Source: Azolla caroliniana
Taxonomy: Eukaryota; Plantae; Polypodiophyta
Length of the DNA: 64,000 bases
Reading direction: 5' to 3'
Assembly: GCA_043228905.1 (NCBI GenBank)
Contig: JBHGNT010000005.1
Coordinates: 18,476,001-18,540,000 of the forward strand
The translations under genes and the position numbers were made by a program. The notes under the pieces were generated by a model. The model made no database searches. It was not told the origin of the DNA and saw only the letters and a program-made list of their open reading frames with translations. Below are positions 47,086 through 56,558 of the stretch, in pieces. How positions within the stretch are numbered: the first letter of the stretch is position 1; every line of letters begins with the position of its first letter.

Positions 47086-50000
47086 GTCCGGCCAAAATAG
47101 GAGCCATTTGGTTGGACAACCCTAGATATGTACAACCTAGTGTGGGTTCCATTTCTTCCAAGCATGTTAGTAGAGTCTTCTCAGCCCTAGTACAAGTTAG
47201 GACACCCAGTTGTCAACTTCAAGTCCAAGCCCTCTTAGATACTGGAGCCAATTCTTGTTTCATGGATAGAGATTTTGCCCAAAAACACCAAATATCCTTG
47301 CATACACTTCCTTGTCCAGTTTCCGTAGTAGTGATTGATGGACGCCCCATAGCTTCCGGGAAGATATTTGAAGAGTCTGAGCCAATACACATACTCTTGG
47401 GTGATTTAGGATGTCTAGTTTCCTTTAACATAATCCGTAGTCCTGAGCATCCAATTGTCCTCGGTTTGCCATGGTTCGAGCTACATAACCCTAGAATCGA
47501 TTGGAGGAAGCGAGAAATTAGGTGCCCTTTAGCAGAAAATATCATTGTCAAGGATCGAACTCGGGATTATCCTCCCAAAGTATATAGTTCTACCGATGCA
47601 CCATATCCTTCTCATAAAATTTCAGCCATCACATTGCAACAATTGCACCAAGTGGGAGGCAAGGAGGACCTTTTCTTATTTGCAGTATCAGTGACACCTT
47701 CTAGTGTCACTCAAGGGAATTCAGACATCCAAATTCCCAAAAAATATCAAGACTATGCTGATGTTTTCGACAAAGTCAAAGCTAGTGTTCTTCCAAAGCA
47801 TCGGCCGTACGACTGTCCTATTGATCTCCAACCAGGAAAAGAGCCTCCGTGGGGTCCGATTTACAATTTATCACCCACTGAGCTTGAGGTTCTTCGAGAA
47901 TACATCGAGGAAAATCTTGCACATGGGTTTATTCGACATTCAAAGTCTCCAGCTGGTGCTCCTATCTTTTTTGTGAAGAAAAAGGACGGCTCCCTTCGTT
48001 TGGTCGTGGACTATCGAGGCTTAAATAAAGTCACCATAAGGAATAGGTATGCTTTACCTTTAATCTCCAATCTCTTAGAACGCATTGGTGGGGCAAAGCA
48101 TTTTACCAAAATTGATCTAAGGGGTGCATATAATCTTGTTCGAATTCGGCCGGGAGATGAGTGGAAAACAACATTTCGTACTCGGTATGGTCATTTCGAG
48201 TATACAGTCATGCCTTTTGGGCTCACAAATGCACCTGCCGTATTCCAACATATGGCAAATGACATCTTCCGGGATTTCTTGGATATTTTTCTAATCATCT
48301 ACCTAGATGATCTATTGATTTACTCTAAAACACAGGGGGAGCATGATATACATGTGCGGCAAGTACTTGAACGCCTAAGGAAGTATGGTCTTTACGCCAA
48401 ACTTGAGAAATGCAGTTTTGATTGCAAACAAGTCGAATTTTTGGGATACACTATTTCATCCCAGGGTGTTTTCATGGACCCCGCAAAAGTCCAAACAATA
48501 TTGGAATGGAAACCCCCATGCTCAGTTCGGGATGTCCAGTGTTTCCTCGGATTTGCGAACTTCTATCGCAAATTCATACATAATTATTCAAGCATTGTGT
48601 TACCCCTTACTCGACTCACCAAGAAAAATCAAGCATTTTTTTGGAGTATCGAAGCAGACAAGGCTTTTACGCAGCTGAAAGAGGCATTCACATCAGCACC
48701 CATCCTAGCACATATTGATCCTGAAAAGCCATTTACTATTGAGGCGGATGCATCAGACTTTGCATTGGGGAGTATCCTATCACAACCAGGCGAGGACGGG
48801 CAGATACATCTAGTCGCGTTTCACTCGAGAAAGTTTACTGTTTCGGAGATAAACTATGAGGTGCATGACAAGGAGTTACTAGCTGTGGTCGACTCATTCG
48901 AGCAATGGCGTCATTTTCTAGAAGGATCACCTCATCAGATTATCATTTATAGTGATCACAAAAATCTCACATATTTTCAAACAGCTCGAGTATTAAATAG
49001 ACGACAAGCTCGGTGGGCCCAATTTCTAACGCGTTTCGATTTCAAGATCATTTTTCGCCCCGGAAAACAACAAGGGAAAGAAGATGCTCTGTCTCGGCGT
49101 TCATATCTAGCACTTCGACTTGGAGATCCGGCCTTTGACAATCAAAAGCAAACTCTCCTCGGGCCATCAAAGCTACAGGTAACAACAATTTATGCCACAC
49201 CACTTGATTCTACCCTTCTTGACACTATTCGGCAACAACTTCATTCAGATGATTTTGCTAAGGATGTCTTAGCCCACTGTGGTTCAAGTCGTCCATCTTG
49301 CTCCACATTGCCAGGGTCATCTCAACATTATCAGGACTTCAAGTGGCAAGATGGTTTACTCTTCTACAAGAATCTCCTTTACGTCCCCGACGGATCACCC
49401 CGACTTCAAGTGTTGGAACATTGTCATGATGCCCCCATGGCTGGACATTTTGGTATTTCCAAGACCATTGAGCTGGTGAAACGTTCGTTTTGGTGGCCTC
49501 ACTTGCAAAAATTTGTCGAAGATTATGTTCGCACTTGTGACACCTGCTGTCGCGCCAAAATACCCCGGCATCACCCTTATGGCTTACTACAACCATTACC
49601 CCCTCCCAACAAGCCATGGCAGTCTATTTCTATGGATTTCATTACGGATCTGCCACCTTCCAAAGGCTTTGATACTATTTTAACAGTAGTGGATCGGTTC
49701 ACCAAGATGGCACATTTTGTACCATGTGTAAAGACCATCAATAGTGAAGAAACTGCAGATCTCATTATGCGTGAAGTGTTTCGCCATCATGGTCTCCCGA
49801 ATGATATTATTAGCGATCGAGGTCCTCAATTTATCTCACACTTTTGGAAGCACCTATGGGCAGGCCTCAAAATCTCTTGCAAACTCTCTTCGGCTTATCA
49901 TCCACAAACTGACGGACAAACAGAGCGCACAAATCAAACGCTCGAGCAATATCTTCGATGTTTCATTAGTTATCAACAAGATGATTGGAGTAAAATTTTA

Positions 50001-50741
50001 CATCTTGCCGAGTTTGCATACAACAACACGGTCCACTCTTCTACCAAAGTTACACCTTTCTTTGCCTACACCGGCAACCACCCTCGATGGTGTATACTGG
50101 ATCTTCCCGAGGTGTCACGAAACCCTAGTGCGGCGCATCACCTCCACCGACTACAACAAATCCAGTTCGAGTTATCGTCACATCTTCAGAAAGCGCAAGC
50201 ACACCATAAGACCAATGCCGATCGACATCGTCTTAAGTCTCCGTTTAAGGTTGGTGACCGTGTATGGTTGCTTCGTCGTCACATCAAGACTACCCGACCG
50301 TGTGCTAAGCTTGACTATCAACGCTTAGGTCCTTTTGTCATCACGGCGCAGATTAATGATGCAACATTTCGTCTTAACCTTCCTGCACATATGCGACTTC
50401 ACCCTGTCTTTCATAGCTCACTTTTGGAACCTTGCCACACCTCTTCAATTCCTAATCGTGTTGTGCCACCACCGCCTTCTGTACAACTTGTGGACGGCCC
50501 CGAATACGAGGTAGCTGCTATTCTCGATTCTAAGATTGTGCGCAATAAGCTTTATTATCTAGTTGATTGGCTTGGTTATCCTCCGAGTTATCGCACTTGG
50601 GAACCCATCAATAACGTTTGTAATGCTGAAGCTCTGGTCAACGACTTCCATCGTCACTATCCAAACAAGCCCGACACAACAATGTTAACGCCGACTTCCA
50701 CTCGGCGTTCTCGAAGGAGGGATAGTGTCATGAACACATGA
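47073..50741 (+). CDS. pol: Pol of chromovirus B (PR-RT-RH-IN-chromodomain), -1 frame relative to gag, no AUG start
   Basis: Frame open from 47049 to 50741. LLDTGANS, IYLDDLL, ADASD, SMDFITDLP, ISDRG, HPQTDGQTE, GPF, chromodomain. The stop lies inside the 3' LTR. Confidence 0.95.
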   Translation, partial: VKRISPAKIGAIWLDNPRYVQPSVGSISSKHVSRVFSALVQVRTPSCQLQVQALLDTGANSCFMDRDFAQKHQISLHTLPCPVSVVVIDGRPIASGKIFEESEPIHILLGDLGCLVSFNIIRSPEHPIVLGLPWFELHNPRIDWRKREIRCPLAENIIVKDRTRDYPPKVYSSTDAPYPSHKISAITLQQLHQVGGKEDLFLFAVSVTPSSVTQGNSDIQIPKKYQDYADVFDKVKASVLPKHRPYDCPIDLQPGKEPPWGPIYNLSPTELEVLREYIEENLAHGFIRHSKSPAGAPIFFVKKKDGSLRLVVDYRGLNKVTIRNRYALPLISNLLERIGGAKHFTKIDLRGAYNLVRIRPGDEWKTTFRTRYGHFEYTVMPFGLTNAPAVFQHMANDIFRDFLDIFLIIYLDDLLIYSKTQGEHDIHVRQVLERLRKYGLYAKLEKCSFDCKQVEFLGYTISSQGVFMDPAKVQTILEWKPPCSVRDVQCFLGFANFYRKFIHNYSSIVLPLTRLTKKNQAFFWSIEADKAFTQLKEAFTSAPILAHIDPEKPFTIEADASDFALGSILSQPGEDGQIHLVAFHSRKFTVSEINYEVHDKELLAVVDSFEQWRHFLEGSPHQIIIYSDHKNLTYFQTARVLNRRQARWAQFLTRFDFKIIFRPGKQQGKEDALSRRSYLALRLGDPAFDNQKQTLLGPSKLQVTTIYATPLDSTLLDTIRQQLHSDDFAKDVLAHCGSSRPSCSTLPGSSQHYQDFKWQDGLLFYKNLLYVPDGSPRLQVLEHCHDAPMAGHFGISKTIELVKRSFWWPHLQKFVEDYVRTCDTCCRAKIPRHHPYGLLQPLPPPNKPWQSISMDFITDLPPSKGFDTILTVVDRFTKMAHFVPCVKTINSEETADLIMREVFRHHGLPNDIISDRGPQFISHFWKHLWAGLKISCKLSSAYHPQTDGQTERTNQTLEQYLRCFISYQQDDWSKILHLAEFAYNNTVHSSTKVTPFFAYTGNHPRWCILDLPEVSRNPSAAHHLHRLQQIQFELSSHLQKAQAHHKTNADRHRLKSPFKVGDRVWLLRRHIKTTRPCAKLDYQRLGPFVITAQINDATFRLNLPAHMRLHPVFHSSLLEPCHTSSIPNRVVPPPPSVQLVDGPEYEVAAILDSKIVRNKLYYLVDWLGYPPSYRTWEPINNVCNAEALVNDFHRHYPNKPDTTMLTPTSTRRSRRRDSVMNT

Positions 50742-52498
50742 CCATTATGGCGTCACTCGGACTTGAACCTCGAACCTTGTAATTCATACTTGAAAACCTC
50801 AACCATTAAGATAGCTTATTGTTTTATGAAACAATAAAAGCTACTTCTTGTATTACATTGATTATTGTAAAAACTCTAGATTATTCTAGAATGTTCTAGA
50901 ATGTCCTAGAGCATTCTAGGTCTAGAACATTCTAGAACATTCTAGAAATCTCTAAGCTATTCTATAGGAACCTATAAATAAGCGCATACATGTATTCTCA
51001 AATCAATTCGAATCAACACCAGTCTTTAGCTCTCATTACATATCTTGTATCCATTCTCTTTCTTTCTCTATCTTATACATACATTCTTCTCTATCCTTCT
51101 TCCATCACTCTATCTTTTATCCTTGGTTCTGACACATGCTACTCTCCGGTCGGCATGCCAGAGAGCTCACCGAACTCGTTCGGTAACTGCAGTTGAAGTT
51201 TGCCATGAAGGACCTCGGTCCGGCAAGACACATACTTGGTATGAAGATTAGTTGGTATCACGATACACGACAACTCTTCTTGTCTCAAACCGACTACATC
51301 GGACGTGTCTTAGAACGCTTCAACATGCAATCGGCCAAGTCTGCTTTGACCCCGCTCCCCATTAACCTTCGGCTATCTCAACGAGACTGTCCGACATCCG
51401 GTCCGGAGGGGGAAGATATGACGTCGGTACCGTATGCACCGACAATCGGCTCCCTCATGTATGCGATGGTCACGACACGACCTGATATTTCTCACTCCGT
51501 AGGAGTCGTCAGCAGATTCATGCACAACCCCGACCGATCGCACTGGAACGCAGTCAAGCATGTGCTCAGGTATCTAGCTGGCACAAAAGACCACGACATT
51601 CTTTTCGGCCTGAACTCAACCTCAGGCGTAGTCGGTTACACCGACTCAGACTTCGCCGGCTGTGTGGACAGCTGGAAATCAACAACCGGGTACTGTTTCA
51701 AATTCGGCAATGGAGCAATCTTGTGGAAGTCAAAACTTCAGGAGTGCACAACCACCTCAATGACCGAAGCGGAATATGTAGCTGCGTCTGACGCGGCAAA
51801 AGAAGCTTTATGGCTTGGTCGGCTGGCGCACACGTTTCGACAGGTCGACTTCGACTCGGCTCTAGTTGTCTACAACGACAATCAGGGTGTTGTTGCTTTG
51901 TCAAAAAATCCGGTTCACCACAACGCCTCTAAGCATATCGATGTTCGATATCACTTCGTTCAAGACTGCGTCATTTCAGGGAAAATTGGTCTCGAGAAGA
52001 TATCCACAACCGATAATGTCGCAGATGGAATGACCAAGTGTCTTTCGGCGGATCGTTTCCGGTCCCTTCGGCACCAGATGGGCGCAACGAAAATTCGGTC
52101 CGATTAAAGTTGGACACACAACACAGGATGGTTTCGGACCACCGACATCGGTTCTCTGAGGATCGACTTTAGCTCTTCCGACCCGACCGATTCGGTCTTC
52201 TGTCTTCGGATCTTGCCGACTCTGACAAAACCGATATGTCCGATAAGCCTTGTATATATACCTGTAATTCTTTAAGATAACCCATGTATACGCCCATTAC
52301 GAGGGAGTGTCGAATACGAGTGTATAATGGCCGTATTCACATTGTCCCTTTGGACAACCCAAGTTCGGGCTATTTCTATAAATAGCATAAAGGCAGTTGC
52401 CCTAGGATAGTCACTATATAAAGTGACTTTGTAACCTTTAGTAAAGGTTGGTTGTCATTTGTAACTGTTGCTATTGGAATATAACGTTTCCTTTTGTG

Positions 52499-52535
<37 letters not shown>

Positions 52536-52707
52536 ATCTTGCTTGTGCATACACAGGTTCTTCTTCATCACGAATGTTGTTTGCACTTCTGCATTGACGA
52601 CCTTGTCCCCAACACTACTGTCATTAGCCGATCAATTCAAGCTTGAGACATGTGACTGAGTCGGCCATGCCATAAGTTTGGGTTGGTCTTTTCGGCTAAG
52701 TTCACGA

Positions 52708-55368
52708 TGTCGTGAAGATTTTCGTGCACAAGCGGAAACCCGAGCAACGAGAGCCAAAGAGCGATGTGCAACGTTGCACACATACATAATGTATTTGTAA
52801 TAATAATAAGGGTAAAGGGTATGGTGCTAGAAATGCCCCATAAGATCCCTAAGGTATAAAGGTGATGTGGTCTTGTGCACACATCCACGCGCGCGAGAGA
52901 GAGAGGTACTATGCGGTACATAGGTACCTAGTTGTTTGTGAGGAGGTGGGAGTTAAGGGGCCATCAATCTCACCCTGCCCTAATCAAGGCAAATATCCCC
53001 TTTGAATGAAAGGGGATATTTTAGTCTCGTTTTTGTAAACGGTCTTCCCTCCTTGTGCTATAAAAGGAGAGGGAAGGCACCATTGTGGGGGTTGCCTATT
53101 TTGAGTGTGCGAGGTATACCACATAGGTCGAGCGTTAGGGTTAGGGTTAGGGTTTCTTTATCGTGATCTTCATCTTCGTCGGTTAGGGTTTCGAGTAGTC
53201 GTTTGGTGCGGCCGATGTGGCCACCATTTTGTAATCGTTCATTTCGTTTTAATATATCTTTTTGATCATCTTGTCTCCATCTTCCTCTTGTTCGATCTAA
53301 TCTCTTGTTGATTCTTCTTCTTCCTGAACAAAGCTTCCATTCCGTGTCCGATTCCTTCTCCTCTACTCATTAGTCCAAGACCCCCGTGGTCCCGCCCTTC
53401 GCCACGCACGCGCGTAGCAACGCGACATCTTTGGTGAACCCGACGTGAAGAGGCGGCAAGGGAGGAAGGAGATGGAAGCTGGAGACATCGCGGAAGTAAT
53501 TACGAGAATGGCAAGTGATTTCGCAAGAAGGAGAGAAAGACGGGAAGAGGCGTACAAGTACGATCGCCGCGAGTTTGATCTATGGGTGTCGTCGGCAAAG
53601 GCTCCTCGGAGCGCAATGAAGGCATTCCGGGAGTTCGATCTCCGGTTTTCCCAACTTTCGGTCCGGGATCAAGAATCGGTGGGGGCGGACAAGGTCCCAC
53701 TATTCTTGAAGTCGGTCAATGAAAGGGGGAGAATGGCCATTTTCCCCTACCTCAAAGACGATGAAGGGGCGTACGGCCTCACCGAAGATTGGAACGAGGT
53801 GGAATGGGCGTGCATACAATGCGATGAGAGGCGGTCGGCCACAACGCGGCCCGCGAGCGGCGGAGAAGAGAGAGCGGCGACCGACTACGCACTACTGCCG
53901 GAAGAGAGCTCAACGCAAATCGGTTCGGAGGAGCTCGACATTGAAGCCTTGGTGCGGGAAGCGTACGAGATCATAGAGGCACAAATCGAAGCCGAAGAAG
54001 GGCTTATTGCGGAGTCGGGCCCGAGCGGATCGGAGGATGAGGAGGCCGAAAGAGAATGGTACATCGGTACCACGGGAGAGGGTGCGGAGCGAGCCACCCT
54101 CTCGACATGCAGAGAAAGATCGACTGAGGACGAGGTCGGGGACGGTGAGGCGGCGATCGCCGGTTCGAGAAGACATGAGGGAGTTCGGGCATGGAGGCCC
54201 GAAACATCGAGCGGGGAGAAGACGGGCGGTGGTGCCGGGACCTTACGCACACCGGGCCTAGAGACTCCGACAACCGGCCCGAGAGCCGGTGTGAGACCTA
54301 GAGTGATGGGCGGTGGCGGCGGCAAGGCGGGCGACCATGATGGTGACATGGGAGAGGGCGCGGAAAGAGCGACTCTCTTGTCTTGCGGCGAATGGACGAC
54401 CATGGAGGCTGGTAACTACAGATTCGGGACATCGCGGCCCGAAACATCGACGAAGGAGGAGACAAGCGGCAGTGCCACGACCTTACACACATCGGTCCTA
54501 GAGACTCCGGCATCCGGCCCGAGAGCCGGTGTGAGACCTAGAGTGACGGGCGGTGTCGGCGGCAAGGCGGGCAACCGAGACAACGGTAAGGAGACTGTGG
54601 AAGAGGAGGCGGCAAGCATAAGTGATGCTTGCATATACGGAGGCGGGGTAGCCACGGACGACGATGTCCGAATGGAGGTGGCTACGGGCATAGCATCGAC
54701 GAGTGGCGGCGTTGCTACCTTACACGCACCGGTTCAAGAGACCCCGACGGCCGGCCCGAGTGCCCGCGTGAGACCTAGGGTAACGAACGGTGGCGGCGGC
54801 AAGGCGGGCGACCGCGGCGACGATGTGGGAGAGGGTGCAGAGCAAGCGACCCTCTCGACTTGTGGAAAGAGGACGGCCATGGATGAGGCCGATATCTACG
54901 GAGCAATGGACGCCACTTCGAGAGTGGGCGAAAGTTTTGGGATGCGGTTGCCCGAAACGTTCTACGAGGATTTCGCGAGCATACTCGAGGCTTGCGAAAT
55001 CGAGGATCATGATGATGTTGTGGTCATTCTTGTTGGTGCTAGATTAGAGCGCAACAATGTACAGAGAGAGAGAGAGGGAGAGAGAGAAAGAGACAGAGAG
55101 TTCGTATCTCTGTTGTAACCGCCGCTTGTGGCGAAGACAGTGAACAAGAGGTCGCTGCCTCTGTGTTCATCTATATGTATATTGTTACATAGTGATAGTT
55201 AGCAGTCAGTGGACTGCCGTGGTTTTTTCCCCGTGTTTGGGGTTTTCCACGTAAACATCGTGTGTACTCTTCTCTCCTTTGTGTCGTGCATTCATTCCCG
55301 TTTTCTGTGTTTGATTCTAAGATTGGTTGTGGCCGAGCGTTGTTCATCGGGAACGTGTATTCCCGGCA
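52708..55368 (+). mobile_element. Chimeric LTR remnant F: 5' LTR 52708-53427, tRNA-Trp PBS, gag-like repeat ORF, fused to the 3' half of a Cop3-like LTR (~55059-55368)
   Basis: TGTCG...CGACA termini. CTATAAAA near 53058. PBS TGGTGAACCCGACGTGA at 53432-53448. The tail matches Cop3 LTR blocks (GTGGCGAAGA, GCCGTGGTTTTT, GTTGTGGCCGAGCGTTG). Confidence 0.72.
53471..55118 (+). CDS. Probable gag-derived ORF with three imperfect internal repeats
   Basis: ATG shortly after the PBS. ETPxxGPxAxVRPRVxxGxGGKAG x3 and GEGAExATLxxC x3. The end runs into the fused LTR. Confidence 0.5.
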
Positions 55369-56558
55369 CTCTGATTGCCGACCACTCTCTTTCCTCTTGA
55401 TTGATCAATAGTCGGAAACATTGTGGCCAACTTTTCTGCAGTGTGTGCAGAATTCGCCTGATCAGCCTGTTCTCGACTTCGACCGCTACTAGTCTCCCCT
55501 CGTTTTGATCGGTTGGTATTCCGACCGGTTCTATCGGCTTGTTCTCTCGACTCTGTTAGTTGAACGACTCGGTCAAGTGATGGGCTTTTGTAGATTCATT
55601 GATGGTAAGTCCCATCGATTTTCTCCGAATGTGCTTGGTAAGGACTTGGCCGATCGTCTCATCCAGATTTAGGATCGGTCGACTATTGGCGTATGTCATG
55701 CAGAATATCTCCCAACTCACCGGCAAGCTCGATAAGAGGGCAAGGGATTTCACTTCTTCTTCGAAGTTGATCCCATGTGAGGAGAGTTCTGACAACACCT
55801 TGCTGAAGGTGTTGATGTGGGAGGTAGCCAGATCGGTTTGTCTCATCTTTATGTTGAAAAGTTGCTTGATCAAAATCAGTTTCGAAGATGAGGACTTCTT
55901 CTCGTAGACGGCTTGCAACTTTTTGCACAGTGAGAACATTATCGTCTCTTTTCCCATGCTGAAGTAGAAGTTTTCGGCTAGATGCATTCGGATGATGGAA
56001 CTTGCAATTTTGTCCATCGATTTCCACTCTTCGAATGTCATCGAAGCAGGTTTTTCGCTGTGTCAAATAGCTTCAACTTTTCTTTTGATGATCAGAACAT
56101 CCTGCATCATCTCCTTCCAAAGTGCAAATTTTTTGCCATTGAACTTTCTGATTTCAACCCCAGTTCCGAATGTTGAAGCCATATTCTTCTATGAAAAGTG
56201 AGTTTTTTACTGACCTCGTCTTTTTCTTTTGAGGTTCTTCTGTTGTCTATTGCCGCCGAACAACAAGGTCGCTCTGATACCAGTTGTGGAAAGTTGGTAG
56301 GTGTCTGCGTATACAGAAGCGTGTGAGAACCCGTTTGCTGATTCGAAAACAACACAGAAAGGGAGGAAGGCAGAGACTTACACAGAAACGAGCTTTAATG
56401 GAAAGATTTATTACGTTCTCTCTCTCTCTCACTTAGAGACTTGATACAATGTGTTTCCTTTCTTTCTTTACAACGTTAGGTTATTGCTTATATATTAAGC
56501 CCTAACTATGTGGACGAGTTCACACTCGGACGGATACAAGTTGGAAGGAGTCGACCTT

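Larger units (their letters stand above)
45453..51134 (+). mobile_element. Ty3/Gypsy chromovirus B (Tcn1-like), apparently intact and very young
   Basis: 409-bp LTRs 45453-45861 and 50726-51134, identical by eye. TSD CATGC at 45448-45452 and 51135-51139. PPT GAAGGAGGGATAG at 50713-50725. Uninterrupted gag and pol. Confidence 0.98.
41497..52614 (+). mobile_element. Ty1/Copia element D, full length, disabled; hosts chromovirus B
   Basis: LTRs 41497-41820 and 52308-52614 (TGTCG...CAACA). TSD CTACC/CTACT. PBS TGGTACCAGAGC at 41823-41834. PPT GAGGGAG at 52301-52307. Confidence 0.93.
40096..56524 (-). mobile_element. Fragmented Ty1/Copia E: 5' LTR ~56285-56524, PBS 56271-56282, gag 55369-56182, pre-IN 52615-52707, IN and RT start 40096-41496; hosts D and chimera F
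   Basis: PBS TGGTATCAGAGC on minus. gag IRKFNGKNFALWKEMMQD. LWHGRLSHMSQA continues across D into the IN zinc finger. YTPMQNGVAER. Truncated in early RT. Assigning the gag piece to the same copy is inferred. Confidence 0.78.
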
